From: a virus
Taxonomy: Duplodnaviria > Caudoviricetes
Length of the DNA: 47,553 bases
IMG/VR virus record: IMGVR_UViG_3300048865_000014
Span: 1 to 47,553 of that record
Reading direction: 5' to 3' (one strand)
Of this stretch, positions 28,069 through 37,150 are shown in pieces (position 1 is the stretch's first letter; every line of letters begins with the position of its first letter). The notes under the pieces were generated by a model. The model had not been told where the DNA came from. It worked only from the letters and a program-made list of their open reading frames with translations, and ran no database searches. Position numbers and translations under genes: made by a program.

Positions 28069-28275
28069 ATGGAAAACGTAAAAGTGACCGCAGTGAAAGG
28101 GTTCTTGAACGGAAACGAGTACGTGCCGCGGCGCCGATCCATATCGGTGGGCGAGCTTCGTGCGCGTGAGTTGGAGGCGGGCGGCTTGGTGGTACGCGAG
28201 AAGAAGGCGCCAGAGCCGAAGAACAAGATGGATGGCGAGCCGCAGAACAAGGCTAGCCGGAAGGCCAAAGAGTGA
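28069..28275 (+). CDS. Small head-associated hypothetical protein
   Basis: AGGAG RBS; position after MCP; PKNKM motif. Confidence 0.7.
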   Translation: MENVKVTAVKGFLNGNEYVPRRRSISVGELRARELEAGGLVVREKKAPEPKNKMDGEPQNKASRKAKE

Positions 28276-28610
28276 GCCTGATCGACTTGGCCGACGCCAA
28301 GGCTTTCCTTGACGTTATCAACTCAGCCGACGACACAAAGCTTCAAATGTTGCTCGATGGGGCGGAGGACGAGGCGCTTCGGTTCATGAACCGTACTCAA
28401 TTCGGTGTGCTGTGCCCGCATTGGGTAGAGACTTCGGATGGCTGGGAGTTGAGCGAGCCTGTAGAGGAAGAGGTTATGCCGGCTAGCGTCAAGGTTGGCG
28501 TCCTTCTATTGCTTCAGGCCGCGTACCAGGCAACGCCCGACGATGCCGAAAAGCTACGACGCGCTGCCGAGGTAAAGATGACCCCTTACCGATGTAGCTT
28601 GGGGGTCTGA
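28272..28610 (+). CDS. Head-tail connector (gp6-like)
   Basis: IDLADAKAFL.V..DD..L, P.SVK.GVLLL. Confidence 0.85.
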   Translation: MSLIDLADAKAFLDVINSADDTKLQMLLDGAEDEALRFMNRTQFGVLCPHWVETSDGWELSEPVEEEVMPASVKVGVLLLLQAAYQATPDDAEKLRRAAEVKMTPYRCSLGV

Positions 28611-28966
28611 TGCTCGCCCATCGTCTACGCCACCGTGTCGCCTTCCAGCGTCAGGTGATTGTTCAGGATCCGGACACTGGCGCCCAGCGTACCGATTGGG
28701 TCGCCGCTACGACGGCAGCAGGCGATCCGCTTTATTCGGTACCGGCTGAAGTGCTGACCGGTCCGGGGCGCGAATTTGAAGGTTCGGCTACTAAGAACGC
28801 GGAGACCGCCGCTCGAATCAACCTTCGCTGGTTCCCCGGCTTGCAATACGGTTGGCGAGTCCTCTGGGACGGGCGGATGTTCGACATTCAGTCCATCGAG
28901 ACTGACGCCAGCGCCCGCCAGGAGTACCGGTTGCGGTGCGTCGACGGGCCAAGCGAGGGCGTATGA
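28610..28966 (+). CDS. Head closure / head-tail adaptor
   Basis: RLRHRV.FQ...QDPDTG, RVLWDGRMFDI. Confidence 0.85.
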   Translation: MLAHRLRHRVAFQRQVIVQDPDTGAQRTDWVAATTAAGDPLYSVPAEVLTGPGREFEGSATKNAETAARINLRWFPGLQYGWRVLWDGRMFDIQSIETDASARQEYRLRCVDGPSEGV

Positions 28967-29448
28967 AAGTGGATTTGCAGTTGTTTGGTGTGGATGACGT
29001 GCTTGCCACGCTTCAGTCGCTGCCAGCGGAGATCGTATCCAAGCGCGGCGGTCCAGTGAAACTGGCGTTGGCGAAGGGGGCTCGCTTCCTGCGAGACAGG
29101 GCCAAGGAGAACCTAAGGGCCGCTATCGCGATGAACGGCGACGAGTCCACTGGTCTGCTGGAAAAGAACGTGATTGCGAGCCGGGGCAAGCCTCCCAGCG
29201 ACGGGAAGGGTGAGCGGTATCTCGTGCGAGTGAAGCGGAAGACCTACCCGGGCAAGGGTGGTGGCAAGCCAGTGACTACTCGGGCCACGGCGAGCTACCT
29301 GGAGTACGGCACGGAGACACAGCCCGCCACCCCCTGGTTGCGTCCAGCGGTCGTGCAGAATGGCCAGCAGACTATCAACGTGGTGACGGAAGACTTGAAG
29401 AAGCGGATCGATAAGGCAGTGGCGGCGCTAGCGAAGGGGCCGAAATGA
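28963..29448 (+). CDS. HK97 gp10-like tail component
   Basis: LEYGTETQPATPWLRPA. Confidence 0.88.
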   Translation: MKVDLQLFGVDDVLATLQSLPAEIVSKRGGPVKLALAKGARFLRDRAKENLRAAIAMNGDESTGLLEKNVIASRGKPPSDGKGERYLVRVKRKTYPGKGGGKPVTTRATASYLEYGTETQPATPWLRPAVVQNGQQTINVVTEDLKKRIDKAVAALAKGPK

Positions 29449-29825
29449 TCCTTCCCCAGGTCTTCAAGGTCCTCAATGTCCCCGCCGTCCGCGCAACCGG
29501 GATAGGCGCAGGAACAGAGCAGGACCCGACCAGAATCTACCGTCATGGCTACGCGCCGCAGGGCGTGGTGAAACCCTACATTACATGGTTCGTGGTGGCC
29601 GGCCAGCCATACGACCAGATCAGCGGTGCCCCCGATGCAGATTTCGACACGGTACAGATCGATTGCTGGTCGCCCGACGATACCCAGGTAGGGGCCATAG
29701 CCACCGCCGTGCGGGACGCGCTGGACGCCGCGGGGCTCACCAACCGCTTGGTAGTTGACCGGCGAGAATCCGAGACTGGACTGAACCGCATCGGTATCGA
29801 GTCCGATTTCATCCGCAGCAGATAA
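29445..29825 (+). CDS. Tail terminator (DUF3168-like)
   Basis: APQGVVKPYITW, VQIDCWS, AVRDALD. Confidence 0.82.
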   Translation: MILPQVFKVLNVPAVRATGIGAGTEQDPTRIYRHGYAPQGVVKPYITWFVVAGQPYDQISGAPDADFDTVQIDCWSPDDTQVGAIATAVRDALDAAGLTNRLVVDRRESETGLNRIGIESDFIRSR

Positions 29826-29840
29826 CCCCGCGATTACCGC

Positions 29841-29868
29841 AGCCCGCCTTGAGCGGGCTCTTTTCTTT
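29841..29868 (+). terminator. Intrinsic terminator-like hairpin
   Basis: AGCCCGC...GCGGGCT followed by T-rich run. Confidence 0.55.
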
Positions 29869-29880
29869 GGAGCATGAAAA

Positions 29881-30348
29881 ATGTCCATCAAAACCCAGGG
29901 CACTCACCTGTTCTTCGTCTCGCCCGGCGGGGCGCCGACTATTGTCAAGCTACATTGCCCGACTGGGATAACCGGCCTTGGTGGGGCCGCCGACCAGATC
30001 GATACGACTTGCCTGGACGAGACCGACGACAAAACCTATACCCGGGGACTGGGCAATCCGGGCCAAGTCTCTGTGCCGGTCAACTTCGATCCCCAGGAAG
30101 TCAGCCATCAGGATATCTTCGATCTGAAAGCTTCCGGCGAAACTCTTCAGTGGATCGTAGGCTTGTCCGATGGCGTGGCTCCGCCGACCATCAGCGGCAG
30201 CACCGTGACGCTTCCGGCGGACCGTACGAGCATCCAATTTGAGGCCTACATCTCCGACTTCGCGCTCGACATCGGCGGTAACGATATCGTGAAGGGCACG
30301 CTGACGCTCCAACGCTCTGGTGCCGTGACCCTGACTCCGAAGGCCTAA
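29881..30348 (+). CDS. Major tail (tube) protein
   Basis: TQGT.LF, ADQIDTTCLD, GLGNPG, LQRSG. Confidence 0.9.
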   Translation: MSIKTQGTHLFFVSPGGAPTIVKLHCPTGITGLGGAADQIDTTCLDETDDKTYTRGLGNPGQVSVPVNFDPQEVSHQDIFDLKASGETLQWIVGLSDGVAPPTISGSTVTLPADRTSIQFEAYISDFALDIGGNDIVKGTLTLQRSGAVTLTPKA

Positions 30349-30351
30349 GCG

Positions 30352-30675
30352 ATGCTTGATTCGTCTCTGTTTATCAGCGAAGAAGTCCACGAGCGCGAAG
30401 TTGAGTTGCCGGACGGCAAGAAGCACACCCTGTACTTCAAGGAGGTGCCGGCCTCTGTATTCCGGAAGTACGGCATGGCCGAACGGTCGGACGACGAGGA
30501 AGCGCGGGCCGGGAGCCTTTCGATCTTGATCGCGGCCAGTCTCTGCGACAAAGATGGCAAGCCTGCATTGTCGTACGAGCGTGCATTGCAACTCAAGCCC
30601 GCCGCAGCGACGAAGCTGTTTGAAGCGGTCCTTGACGTTAATAGGGCGAAGAAGGAAGACGAGGGAAACGCCTAG
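30352..30675 (+). CDS. Tail assembly chaperone (gpG-like)
   Basis: Between tail tube and tape measure; ends in slippery site. Confidence 0.85.
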   Translation: MLDSSLFISEEVHEREVELPDGKKHTLYFKEVPASVFRKYGMAERSDDEEARAGSLSILIAASLCDKDGKPALSYERALQLKPAAATKLFEAVLDVNRAKKEDEGNA

Positions 30676-30977
30676 CCGCCAGGGACGAGGACTATTTCTG
30701 GCATGTCTTAGCCCTCGCTCTTGGCGGCCGAACCGTAGCGGAGTGGCAGGACGCCATGTCGGAGGCGGAGTTTAGGGACTGGATTGCCTTCTACGAGTTG
30801 AGCCCGTTCGATGATTTCCACCGCTTCCACCGGCCGGCAGCGCTCGTGGCGCAACGGTTCGCGGGTGGGGAAATCAAGCCTCTCCTTGATTGGCTACAAC
30901 CACCGGTGAATTTGACGAAGTACTCCAACGCTGACCTGAATACCTTGGCCGCATTCGGCTTCAAACCTGAGAAATAG
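30663..30977 (+). CDS. Frameshift extension of tail chaperone (gpGT-like; -1 frameshift at GGGAAAC 30663-30669)
   Basis: G GGA AAC in X XXY YYZ phase; -1 frame open from 30663 to TAG 30977. Confidence 0.85.
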   Translation, partial: GKRLAARDEDYFWHVLALALGGRTVAEWQDAMSEAEFRDWIAFYELSPFDDFHRFHRPAALVAQRFAGGEIKPLLDWLQPPVNLTKYSNADLNTLAAFGFKPEK

Positions 30978-30980
30978 CCC

Positions 30981-33227
30981 ATGGCAACAGCCGGATCCAT
31001 CGTTATCGATCTGCTCATGAAGACGGGCAGCTTCGAGACCGACACCAAGCGTGCCGCGAAGAACCTTCAGGATCTGAACAAGCAGGCTCAAATTGCTGGT
31101 GCCGCCATTGGTACGGCCTTTGTGGCTGGGACCGCGGCTATCGCGTTCTTCGTGAAGCAGTCCATCGATACGATGGACGCCATGAGCAAGCTGGCGCAGC
31201 AGACCGGCACTACGGTGGAGTCAATCTCCGCACTCTCGTACGCGGCCTCTCTGTCGGATGTAAGCCAGGACCAACTCGGCGATGCAATCAGCCGCCTGAC
31301 AAAGAACATGAGCGACGCCGCCCGCGGGACCGGGGAGGCGCGAGCCGGATTCGCTGCTCTGGGACTTAGTGTCACCGACGCCAACGGCAACCTGAAGTCC
31401 AGCGACACAGTTCTATCAGAAATCGCGGACAAGTTCGCCGGATACCGGGACGGCGCAGAAAAGACGGCGTTAGCGGTCAACATCTTCGGGCGGGCCGGCG
31501 CCCAATTGATTCCTCTCCTGAACTCTGGGGCGGACGGTATCGCGGAACTTGAAGCAGAGGCAAAGCGGCTCGGGATCACACTTGATACCCAAACGGCCCA
31601 GGCAGCCGAGGCCTTCAACGACAGCCTCACCAAGCTGAACGCGACGTGGGAGGGGTTCAGGAACCGAGTGGCGGCCGCCGCGCTCCCCGCCCTGAATGGG
31701 TTCACTCAGGCGCTTATCGAAGCCACTACAGAGAGCGACGGCCTGGGAGAATCCACTGGGAAAATCGTCAACGAAAGCGGCTTGAAGAGTTGGGTCGATG
31801 CGGTAGCTGTTGGTCTGGCGCGGGTGGCTGATGTTGCCGTTGCGACCGCCAAGACAGTGGACGCCGTTGGGGGAAGCTTCAGGTCTGTAGCCGCCGACGT
31901 GCAGGCTTTTCTGGCCCTCGTCGGGAAGGACAACAGCGGTCTAGCCGCAATGGTCGATCCGGCTGCAGCCAAGAAGAACGCCGACGAGTATGCCGCCGTG
32001 CTGGCTTACCGGAACAAGACCGTCGAGGACGCAAACAAGGCCTATGTCGATCTGTGGACGGGGCAGGGGAACCGCTTCGAGCAGGCAGTTCTGAACGGAA
32101 TCAACGCTCCAGCTACGGACGCGGGTACCTTGCCGGCCGTCAAGACCTCCGCTCCCGCGATTGCGCCTACGTCGAAGGGCAAACAGCAGATCGATGAAGG
32201 CCAAAAGCTCATCGATCAACTGCAGAAGCAGGTCGACCTTACCGGCGAGCTGACTGAACGTCAGAAGCTTCAGATCCAAATTCAGCAAGGCTACGTTAAG
32301 TTCCAGACACAGGATCAGCAGGACAGCGCGTTGGCGTTGGCGGATACGCTGGATCTGATTCGGCAGCAGGGGCAGGAGTACGAGGCGGCGCAAAAGCGGG
32401 CCGCAGATCTTGCCAAACTTTTGGATGATCTTTACCCAGACAAATCCGTTTCCGCCGATTATCTTAAGGACCTCACTCAGCTAACCGAGGCATTACAGGC
32501 CGGCGCGATTTCAGCCAGCGACTATTACGACGCTGTTGATAGGCTGGATCAGAAGTTCGCTGATTCGAGCGACAGCATGTCGGAGTTCGCTGTTCAAGCG
32601 GCTCATAACATCGAGGATTCTCTCGGTGATGGGCTTTTCGATCTTCTTAGCGGCAACTTTGACGATATCGGAAAGAGCTGGGCCAACATGATCCTGCGGA
32701 TGATCGCCAACGCCGAGGCCGCCCAACTTGGGAAGGCATTGTTTGGTGAAGAGTTCGACAAGAGCGGAAATATTGGCGGCTTGATCGGTAAGGGGATCGC
32801 AGCAATCTTCGGCGGCGGAGGTTCCGGCCCTACTGCTGATCAATTGGCGGCCTCTACACAAGGGGTCAACGCGGCCCTTCCCCTGGCTTTCGCGGACGGC
32901 GGATACACCGGCCCGGGTGGCAAATTTGAACCAGCTGGGGTGGTCCACGCGGGCGAGTATGTCATCAACGCCACTGCCACGCGAAAGCTTGGGCTGGGCT
33001 TTTTAAACCGCCTTAACGGATACGCGGACGGCGGCTATGTCGGTAATCCGCCCGCGGCCACTGGCGGACCAAATGTGCAGGTCAACGTCGTTAACCAGAG
33101 CAGCAGCAATGTCGAGGCAACGCAAAGTGATGCCCGCTTTGACGGTGAGCGGTACATCATCAATGTGTTGCTCAAAGACAAGCAGAAGAACGGGCCTGTA
33201 TCTCGTGCATTTTCGGGGGGGCGGTGA
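30981..33227 (+). CDS. Tape measure protein
   Basis: 748 aa, Ala-rich helical; FADGGYTGPGGKFEPAGVVHAGEYV. Confidence 0.93.
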   Translation: MATAGSIVIDLLMKTGSFETDTKRAAKNLQDLNKQAQIAGAAIGTAFVAGTAAIAFFVKQSIDTMDAMSKLAQQTGTTVESISALSYAASLSDVSQDQLGDAISRLTKNMSDAARGTGEARAGFAALGLSVTDANGNLKSSDTVLSEIADKFAGYRDGAEKTALAVNIFGRAGAQLIPLLNSGADGIAELEAEAKRLGITLDTQTAQAAEAFNDSLTKLNATWEGFRNRVAAAALPALNGFTQALIEATTESDGLGESTGKIVNESGLKSWVDAVAVGLARVADVAVATAKTVDAVGGSFRSVAADVQAFLALVGKDNSGLAAMVDPAAAKKNADEYAAVLAYRNKTVEDANKAYVDLWTGQGNRFEQAVLNGINAPATDAGTLPAVKTSAPAIAPTSKGKQQIDEGQKLIDQLQKQVDLTGELTERQKLQIQIQQGYVKFQTQDQQDSALALADTLDLIRQQGQEYEAAQKRAADLAKLLDDLYPDKSVSADYLKDLTQLTEALQAGAISASDYYDAVDRLDQKFADSSDSMSEFAVQAAHNIEDSLGDGLFDLLSGNFDDIGKSWANMILRMIANAEAAQLGKALFGEEFDKSGNIGGLIGKGIAAIFGGGGSGPTADQLAASTQGVNAALPLAFADGGYTGPGGKFEPAGVVHAGEYVINATATRKLGLGFLNRLNGYADGGYVGNPPAATGGPNVQVNVVNQSSSNVEATQSDARFDGERYIINVLLKDKQKNGPVSRAFSGGR

Positions 33228-33577
33228 TGGCGATACCGGACTTCCCAGCATTCGCGCGCATTCAGGTCGATTCGTATAGCGAGACGGCCGATTACGGAGT
33301 AATTCGTACGGATATGTACGGCCTGCCGAAGCAAAGGCCCAGGTGGTCGAAACCTATCGTGACTCGCACTGTGAAGGTGTTTGTCGGCAGCGCGTCCAAC
33401 AAGGTGGCGTTTGACACCTTTGTGCGTACAGACCTATCCGGCGGAGCAGGCTGGTTTAACTTTGTGGATCCGGTAGACGGCGTGACGAAGCAGGGTAGGC
33501 TGGTGTCCGGCAAGGTGGAGTGGGTCACTCCGGGTCGAGTCTGGTTCTTCAATTCCCAGATTGAGAGTATCGGATGA
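33227..33577 (+). CDS. Distal tail (gpM-like) protein
   Basis: Follows TMP; IRTDM..G..KQR, GAGWFNF.DP. Confidence 0.75.
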   Translation: MAIPDFPAFARIQVDSYSETADYGVIRTDMYGLPKQRPRWSKPIVTRTVKVFVGSASNKVAFDTFVRTDLSGGAGWFNFVDPVDGVTKQGRLVSGKVEWVTPGRVWFFNSQIESIG

Positions 33578-34050
33578 GCCGCAACTTTTCAGCGAATGGC
33601 CGGCGTAATGTCTTGGCGACGAGCGCCGAAGAGAACCTGCTTGCTTTGCTGGAGATAACTCATCCAGATCTTGCGATTCCGATACGTGTAGTGAATGACA
33701 CGCAGGACCTTGTGTTCCGGGGTGACACATTTACCGCGTGCGCTTTTCAGCTTCAGTTGCCAGACGACGTAGAGGCGCAGGTTCCGCAGGCCACGATTGC
33801 TGTTGACAATGTATCGCGCGACCTGATCTCCTGGCTAGAGTTCTCGCGTGGCGGGCAGGGTGCAAAATGCCGGATCATCCTGGCTTTCCGTTCGGACCCT
33901 GATGTGGCGGAACTTGATATGCAGTTGGATCTGACGGGAATTTCGGCCGACAACATGAAGATCAGCGGAAGTCTCGGCTACGTGAATACGTTAGCGCAGA
34001 CCAGCGTTGTCAAGACATTCACCCCGGCAACTGCCCCAGGCTTGTGGTGA
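33574..34050 (+). CDS. DUF1833-family minor tail protein
   Basis: LLEITHPDL..PIRVVNDTQD, FTP..APGLW. Confidence 0.85.
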   Translation: MSRNFSANGRRNVLATSAEENLLALLEITHPDLAIPIRVVNDTQDLVFRGDTFTACAFQLQLPDDVEAQVPQATIAVDNVSRDLISWLEFSRGGQGAKCRIILAFRSDPDVAELDMQLDLTGISADNMKISGSLGYVNTLAQTSVVKTFTPATAPGLW

Positions 34051-34127
34051 GTTCGTTGATGTGCCGTCTGAACGTAGCGGAGTCCCACGCGTTATGGTAA
34101 ATAAACCTCTCTTCAAGAGGAGGCGCT

Positions 34128-34544
34128 ATGTTTAACAAACTGGCGATGTTGGTCAGCGTGGTTGTCTTATCGGGCTGTTCTTCTGTCGCTACGAACCCCG
34201 AGACCGGGGCACTTGTGCCCGTGGCGAACGTTGTGGACCAAGAGCTTCTCACTAGCGGCCCTGATAAGGGTGAAGTGATAGTGGCGAGAGACAAGGCCTT
34301 CATGGCCAGCGCCGTAGATACGCGCGTGTTTGTGGACGGGAAGCGTGTAGCGAATATTCCTAACGCAACCGTGCTGAAGTTTTATCTGCCGGCAGGTGAG
34401 CACAAGATCGGGGTGCAGTTGTACGGCTTCAACGAATCCGAGGTTCCAGTGCGATATGAGAAGCTGCACGTTGCGCCAGCGGGAACCTATAGATATCGAC
34501 TCGTGTTTAACAGCTGGACATGGGAACTGATGAGTTTGGACTGA
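34128..34544 (+). CDS. Lipoprotein (moron)
   Basis: LVSVVVLSG-C lipobox, GAGGAGG RBS, VFVDGKRVA...YLPAGEH; own terminator. Confidence 0.8.
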   Translation: MFNKLAMLVSVVVLSGCSSVATNPETGALVPVANVVDQELLTSGPDKGEVIVARDKAFMASAVDTRVFVDGKRVANIPNATVLKFYLPAGEHKIGVQLYGFNESEVPVRYEKLHVAPAGTYRYRLVFNSWTWELMSLD

Positions 34545-34551
34545 TGCCCTA

Positions 34552-34857
34552 CTAGCCGCCTTCGGGCGGTTTTTTATTGGCCCGCTTCTTAGCGTTAGCT
34601 TTGTTGAGAGCCAGGTCCAGCAGTTCGTTCACCCGTTCTATCTTGGCTTGGATGTTGTCAAGTTGAGTCTGGGCGGCCTCATCGACATGTACTTTATCTG
34701 TGGCAAGTGACAGCTGTAGGCGTGTGATGATCTCCGCATTCATGGAGCGGCCGTTAGCCTTTGCTGCTGAAGCTATCTGTTCACGCATCGCCTCGTCGGG
34801 GAAGCGGACGACGAACTGCGGGGCGATGCGACTTGGGGGAGGAAGGTGCTTGGCCAT
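34552..34857 (-). CDS. Arc/Mnt-family repressor with C-terminal coiled coil (Mnt-like position)
   Basis: [38 protein letters not shown]. Confidence 0.9.
   Translation of the reverse strand: MAKHLPPPSRIAPQFVVRFPDEAMREQIASAAKANGRSMNAEIITRLQLSLATDKVHVDEAAQTQLDNIQAKIERVNELLDLALNKANAKKRANKKPPEGG
34555..34575 (+). terminator. Intrinsic terminator
   Basis: GCCGCC TTCG GGCGGT TTTTT. Confidence 0.8.
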
Positions 34858-34895
34858 GGGGTGTAGCGTAATAGCAACTACATATATTTTCCACG

Positions 34896-34932
34896 ATATG
34901 TACTTGCGATGATCGCAAATACATATTACAGT
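34896..34932 (+). promoter_or_regulatory. Promoter overlapped by 31-bp palindromic operator
   Basis: ATATGTA-C-TTGCGAT-G-ATCGCAA-A-TACATAT (34896-34926); TTGCGA(34904)-17-TACAGT(34927). Confidence 0.75.
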
Positions 34933-34960
34933 GAAGTCTCTTAATCGACAGGAGATAGAA

Positions 34961-35134
34961 GTGAGCACCCAAAAGGACTTCATCAAGACAGCGCTTCGAG
35001 TGCCGCCTGACTTGCACAAGGAAATTCACGCGGCAAGCAAGGAAAGTGAGCGGACGTTCAACGCCGAAATTGTCTACCGGCTTCGCATGTCGCTCCGCCC
35101 TACGGAACAGCGGCCACACGGAGCGCAACGATGA
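34961..35134 (+). CDS. Arc-family repressor
   Basis: [36 protein letters not shown]; GTG start with AGGAG RBS. Confidence 0.88.
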   Translation: MSTQKDFIKTALRVPPDLHKEIHAASKESERTFNAEIVYRLRMSLRPTEQRPHGAQR

Positions 35135-35218
35135 GCGCAAAAGGAAACGCCCCGGGAGGTGAGAGCCCCGAGGCGTTGGATTCGCAGTAACCCAACCGTC
35201 AAGTAAGGAAACCACGAA

Positions 35219-35647
35219 ATGGAAAGTACCACGACTGCCGCAAAGCGGCAAGGTTTTCGTTCCGCCCGCCATCCTCGTATGCGGCGGGATCTCCAGAAGC
35301 TCGTCATCACCAGCCCTGAGTTCGCGAGGTTCTTCTTTCTCCCGCACGACAAAGTGCTTAAGGAGTGGGACGGAGTGATAGCCAGCAGTGACCGCGAGTT
35401 CCGCCGCCGCAACTACATCCCTGGCAGGGAGTGGATCCAGTTGAGAGGCGAGCTCAAGCATCACCGAGAGGTCAACATCACGAAAGAAATGGCTGTGGAG
35501 TTGTGCCGGAGGCTGAACGGCCGGAAAGTGCGCTCGGTGCAGGCTTACTACGACGCCCCGGACGTTGCGTATGTTGATGACTGGGACAAGGCTCGCGGCT
35601 GGGACGCCGCGAACGACTGGACCGTGGCGCAAGGGGTGGCCGCATGA
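35219..35647 (+). CDS. Divergent Rha-like phage regulatory protein
   Basis: ITSPEFARFF..PHDKVLK...EF.RRNY...ITKE...L...LNGRK resembles the Rha pattern TS.EIA..F.K.H..VL...F...NF...T.D.....FTG.K. Confidence 0.6.
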   Translation: MESTTTAAKRQGFRSARHPRMRRDLQKLVITSPEFARFFFLPHDKVLKEWDGVIASSDREFRRRNYIPGREWIQLRGELKHHREVNITKEMAVELCRRLNGRKVRSVQAYYDAPDVAYVDDWDKARGWDAANDWTVAQGVAA

Positions 35648-35985
35648 ATGTGACGAATCAAACTCATGCCGGGAGGCTGCGCTGCAAAGTCGGTGACCGA
35701 GTGATGGTGATACGTGGGAAGAATACGTACTGGCTCGGCCGTACTGGCGTAGTGGTGTCGAGCGGATCCGCGGCGGTGGAGTGGTGCCGGCGTGACGAGG
35801 TACCTGAGGTTGCGCGCCGAGATTGGGTCGTGATGCTGTCTGAGCCGATTGCAGCCATCAGGGACGGGAGAGCCTTCGAAACGTTACATCTTGCCTGCGC
35901 TGACGTGCAGTTGATGCCGATTTCCCACTTCGATGCTGAGGCCTCGGTGGAGTCGGCCGGCACCATTGAGACGGAGGTGGCGTGA
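35644..35985 (+). CDS. Hypothetical protein with KOW/SH3-like N-terminus
   Basis: CKVGDRVMVIRG...GRTGVVV; translationally coupled on both sides. Confidence 0.65.
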   Translation: MNVTNQTHAGRLRCKVGDRVMVIRGKNTYWLGRTGVVVSSGSAAVEWCRRDEVPEVARRDWVVMLSEPIAAIRDGRAFETLHLACADVQLMPISHFDAEASVESAGTIETEVA

Positions 35986-36554
35986 TGGATATCCTGAATA
36001 TCAAGATAGTTGGCACGTCGCCGCTGATGATGCACGCGGATAAGTTGGCCAATCCGCTGTTGCCGGAGTCGAAGGCCCACAAGGAGCTGACCTCTAAGCG
36101 GAAGAAGACGGACGAGGATCATTTGGCTATCGCCCGATCCGAGTTCATCGCTGGGGCGTACTTCGACCCGACGGTGGGCTTTTTCGTGCCCGGCCAGAAT
36201 CTGGACGCCACCTTCTGGGCCGGCGCCAAATTGCAGAAGCTTGGGGTGCATTGGCGACGTGCAGCGGTAGTGATGACGGACAAAGCCAAGCTTCTTTTTG
36301 ACGGCCCGTCTACGCCTGACGCGTTGTGGGAAGACCCGTCATTTGTTGATTGCCGAGGCGTCAAGGTAGGCACGGCCAAGCTGATGCGGTATCGACCAAT
36401 CTTCCGTGAGTGGACCACGGAGGTCGAGGTTGCGATCAATACGGAGATTCTGAACATCAATGAAGTCAAGAAAGCCATTGACGATGCTGGAGCGCTTATC
36501 GGGACTTGCGAGTTCCGCCCTCGGTTTGGACGCTTCGAGGTGCGCTATGACTGA
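35982..36554 (+). CDS. Minimal RAMP/Cas7-like RNA-binding protein (candidate Vipr-type effector)
   Basis: N-terminal strand IKIVGTSPLMMH, central FFVPGQNLDATF (cf. RAMP iPGSslKG), C-terminal Gly loop GALIGTCEFRPRFGRFEV; GGAGG RBS; upstream of GGY-NN arrays. Confidence 0.75.
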   Translation: MMDILNIKIVGTSPLMMHADKLANPLLPESKAHKELTSKRKKTDEDHLAIARSEFIAGAYFDPTVGFFVPGQNLDATFWAGAKLQKLGVHWRRAAVVMTDKAKLLFDGPSTPDALWEDPSFVDCRGVKVGTAKLMRYRPIFREWTTEVEVAINTEILNINEVKKAIDDAGALIGTCEFRPRFGRFEVRYD

Positions 36555-37017
36555 ACAATCCGTCGAGTTGGCGCGGTTCCCCGCTTGGCGCCAGGCGGTG
36601 CAGGACTTTTTGACGGAGTTCAGGTACGGCGATGTGATCAGTCATGCATGGCTAGCCGAACATTTCGGGATGCCGTCGATCAAAGAAAGCCGCCGCCTGA
36701 CCGCAGCGGAGTTCCAAGAGCGCCAGTTTGAATGGCTGGCAAACATCGAAGCGTTCAAGGGCGAACTGTTGCGTGAGCATCAAGTGTGCTTGCAGTCGGT
36801 TCGCGGGGAGGGCTACCGGTGGGTTCCCCCGCAGGAGCAGACCGGATACGCGACGCGGGAGTTCGTCAAGGACGTGCGCAGGATCTTCCGTGGCACAGGT
36901 CAGAAGTTGCGAAACCTGAGGGTGTCGGAACTGACCGACGATCAGAGGAAGGAAAACGCGGATGCCGCCGCCAAGCTGACGGCATTGCGCGGGATGACAC
37001 GGAAGGCTTTGGAATAG
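36547..37017 (+). CDS. Putative winged-helix accessory protein of the RAMP-like module
   Basis: YGDVISHAWLAEHF...LQSVRGEGYRWV (OmpR-like wing), helical C-terminus; overlaps RAMP-like gene by 8 nt. Confidence 0.7.
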   Translation: MTEQSVELARFPAWRQAVQDFLTEFRYGDVISHAWLAEHFGMPSIKESRRLTAAEFQERQFEWLANIEAFKGELLREHQVCLQSVRGEGYRWVPPQEQTGYATREFVKDVRRIFRGTGQKLRNLRVSELTDDQRKENADAAAKLTALRGMTRKALE

Positions 37018-37021
37018 TTTT

Positions 37022-37135
37022 GGTGAGGTGGGCTGGGCCAAGGTAAGGCGTGATCTGGCCGGGTACGGCGTGGTGCGCTTTGGTAGGGCAAGGGCTGACA
37101 ACAGCGGGTAGCGTCTTCGAGAGAGGGCGCTATCC
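37022..37135 (+). ncRNA. GGY-NN pentamer tract 1 + hairpins (candidate guide RNA)
   Basis: 14 in-phase pentamers 37022-37091, all G-N-Y-N-N (10 of 14 GGY), then GCTG-ACAA-CAGC and a 13-bp stem with GAGA loop (37106-37135). Confidence 0.75.
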
Positions 37136-37150
37136 GATGCAGTTAGCTTT

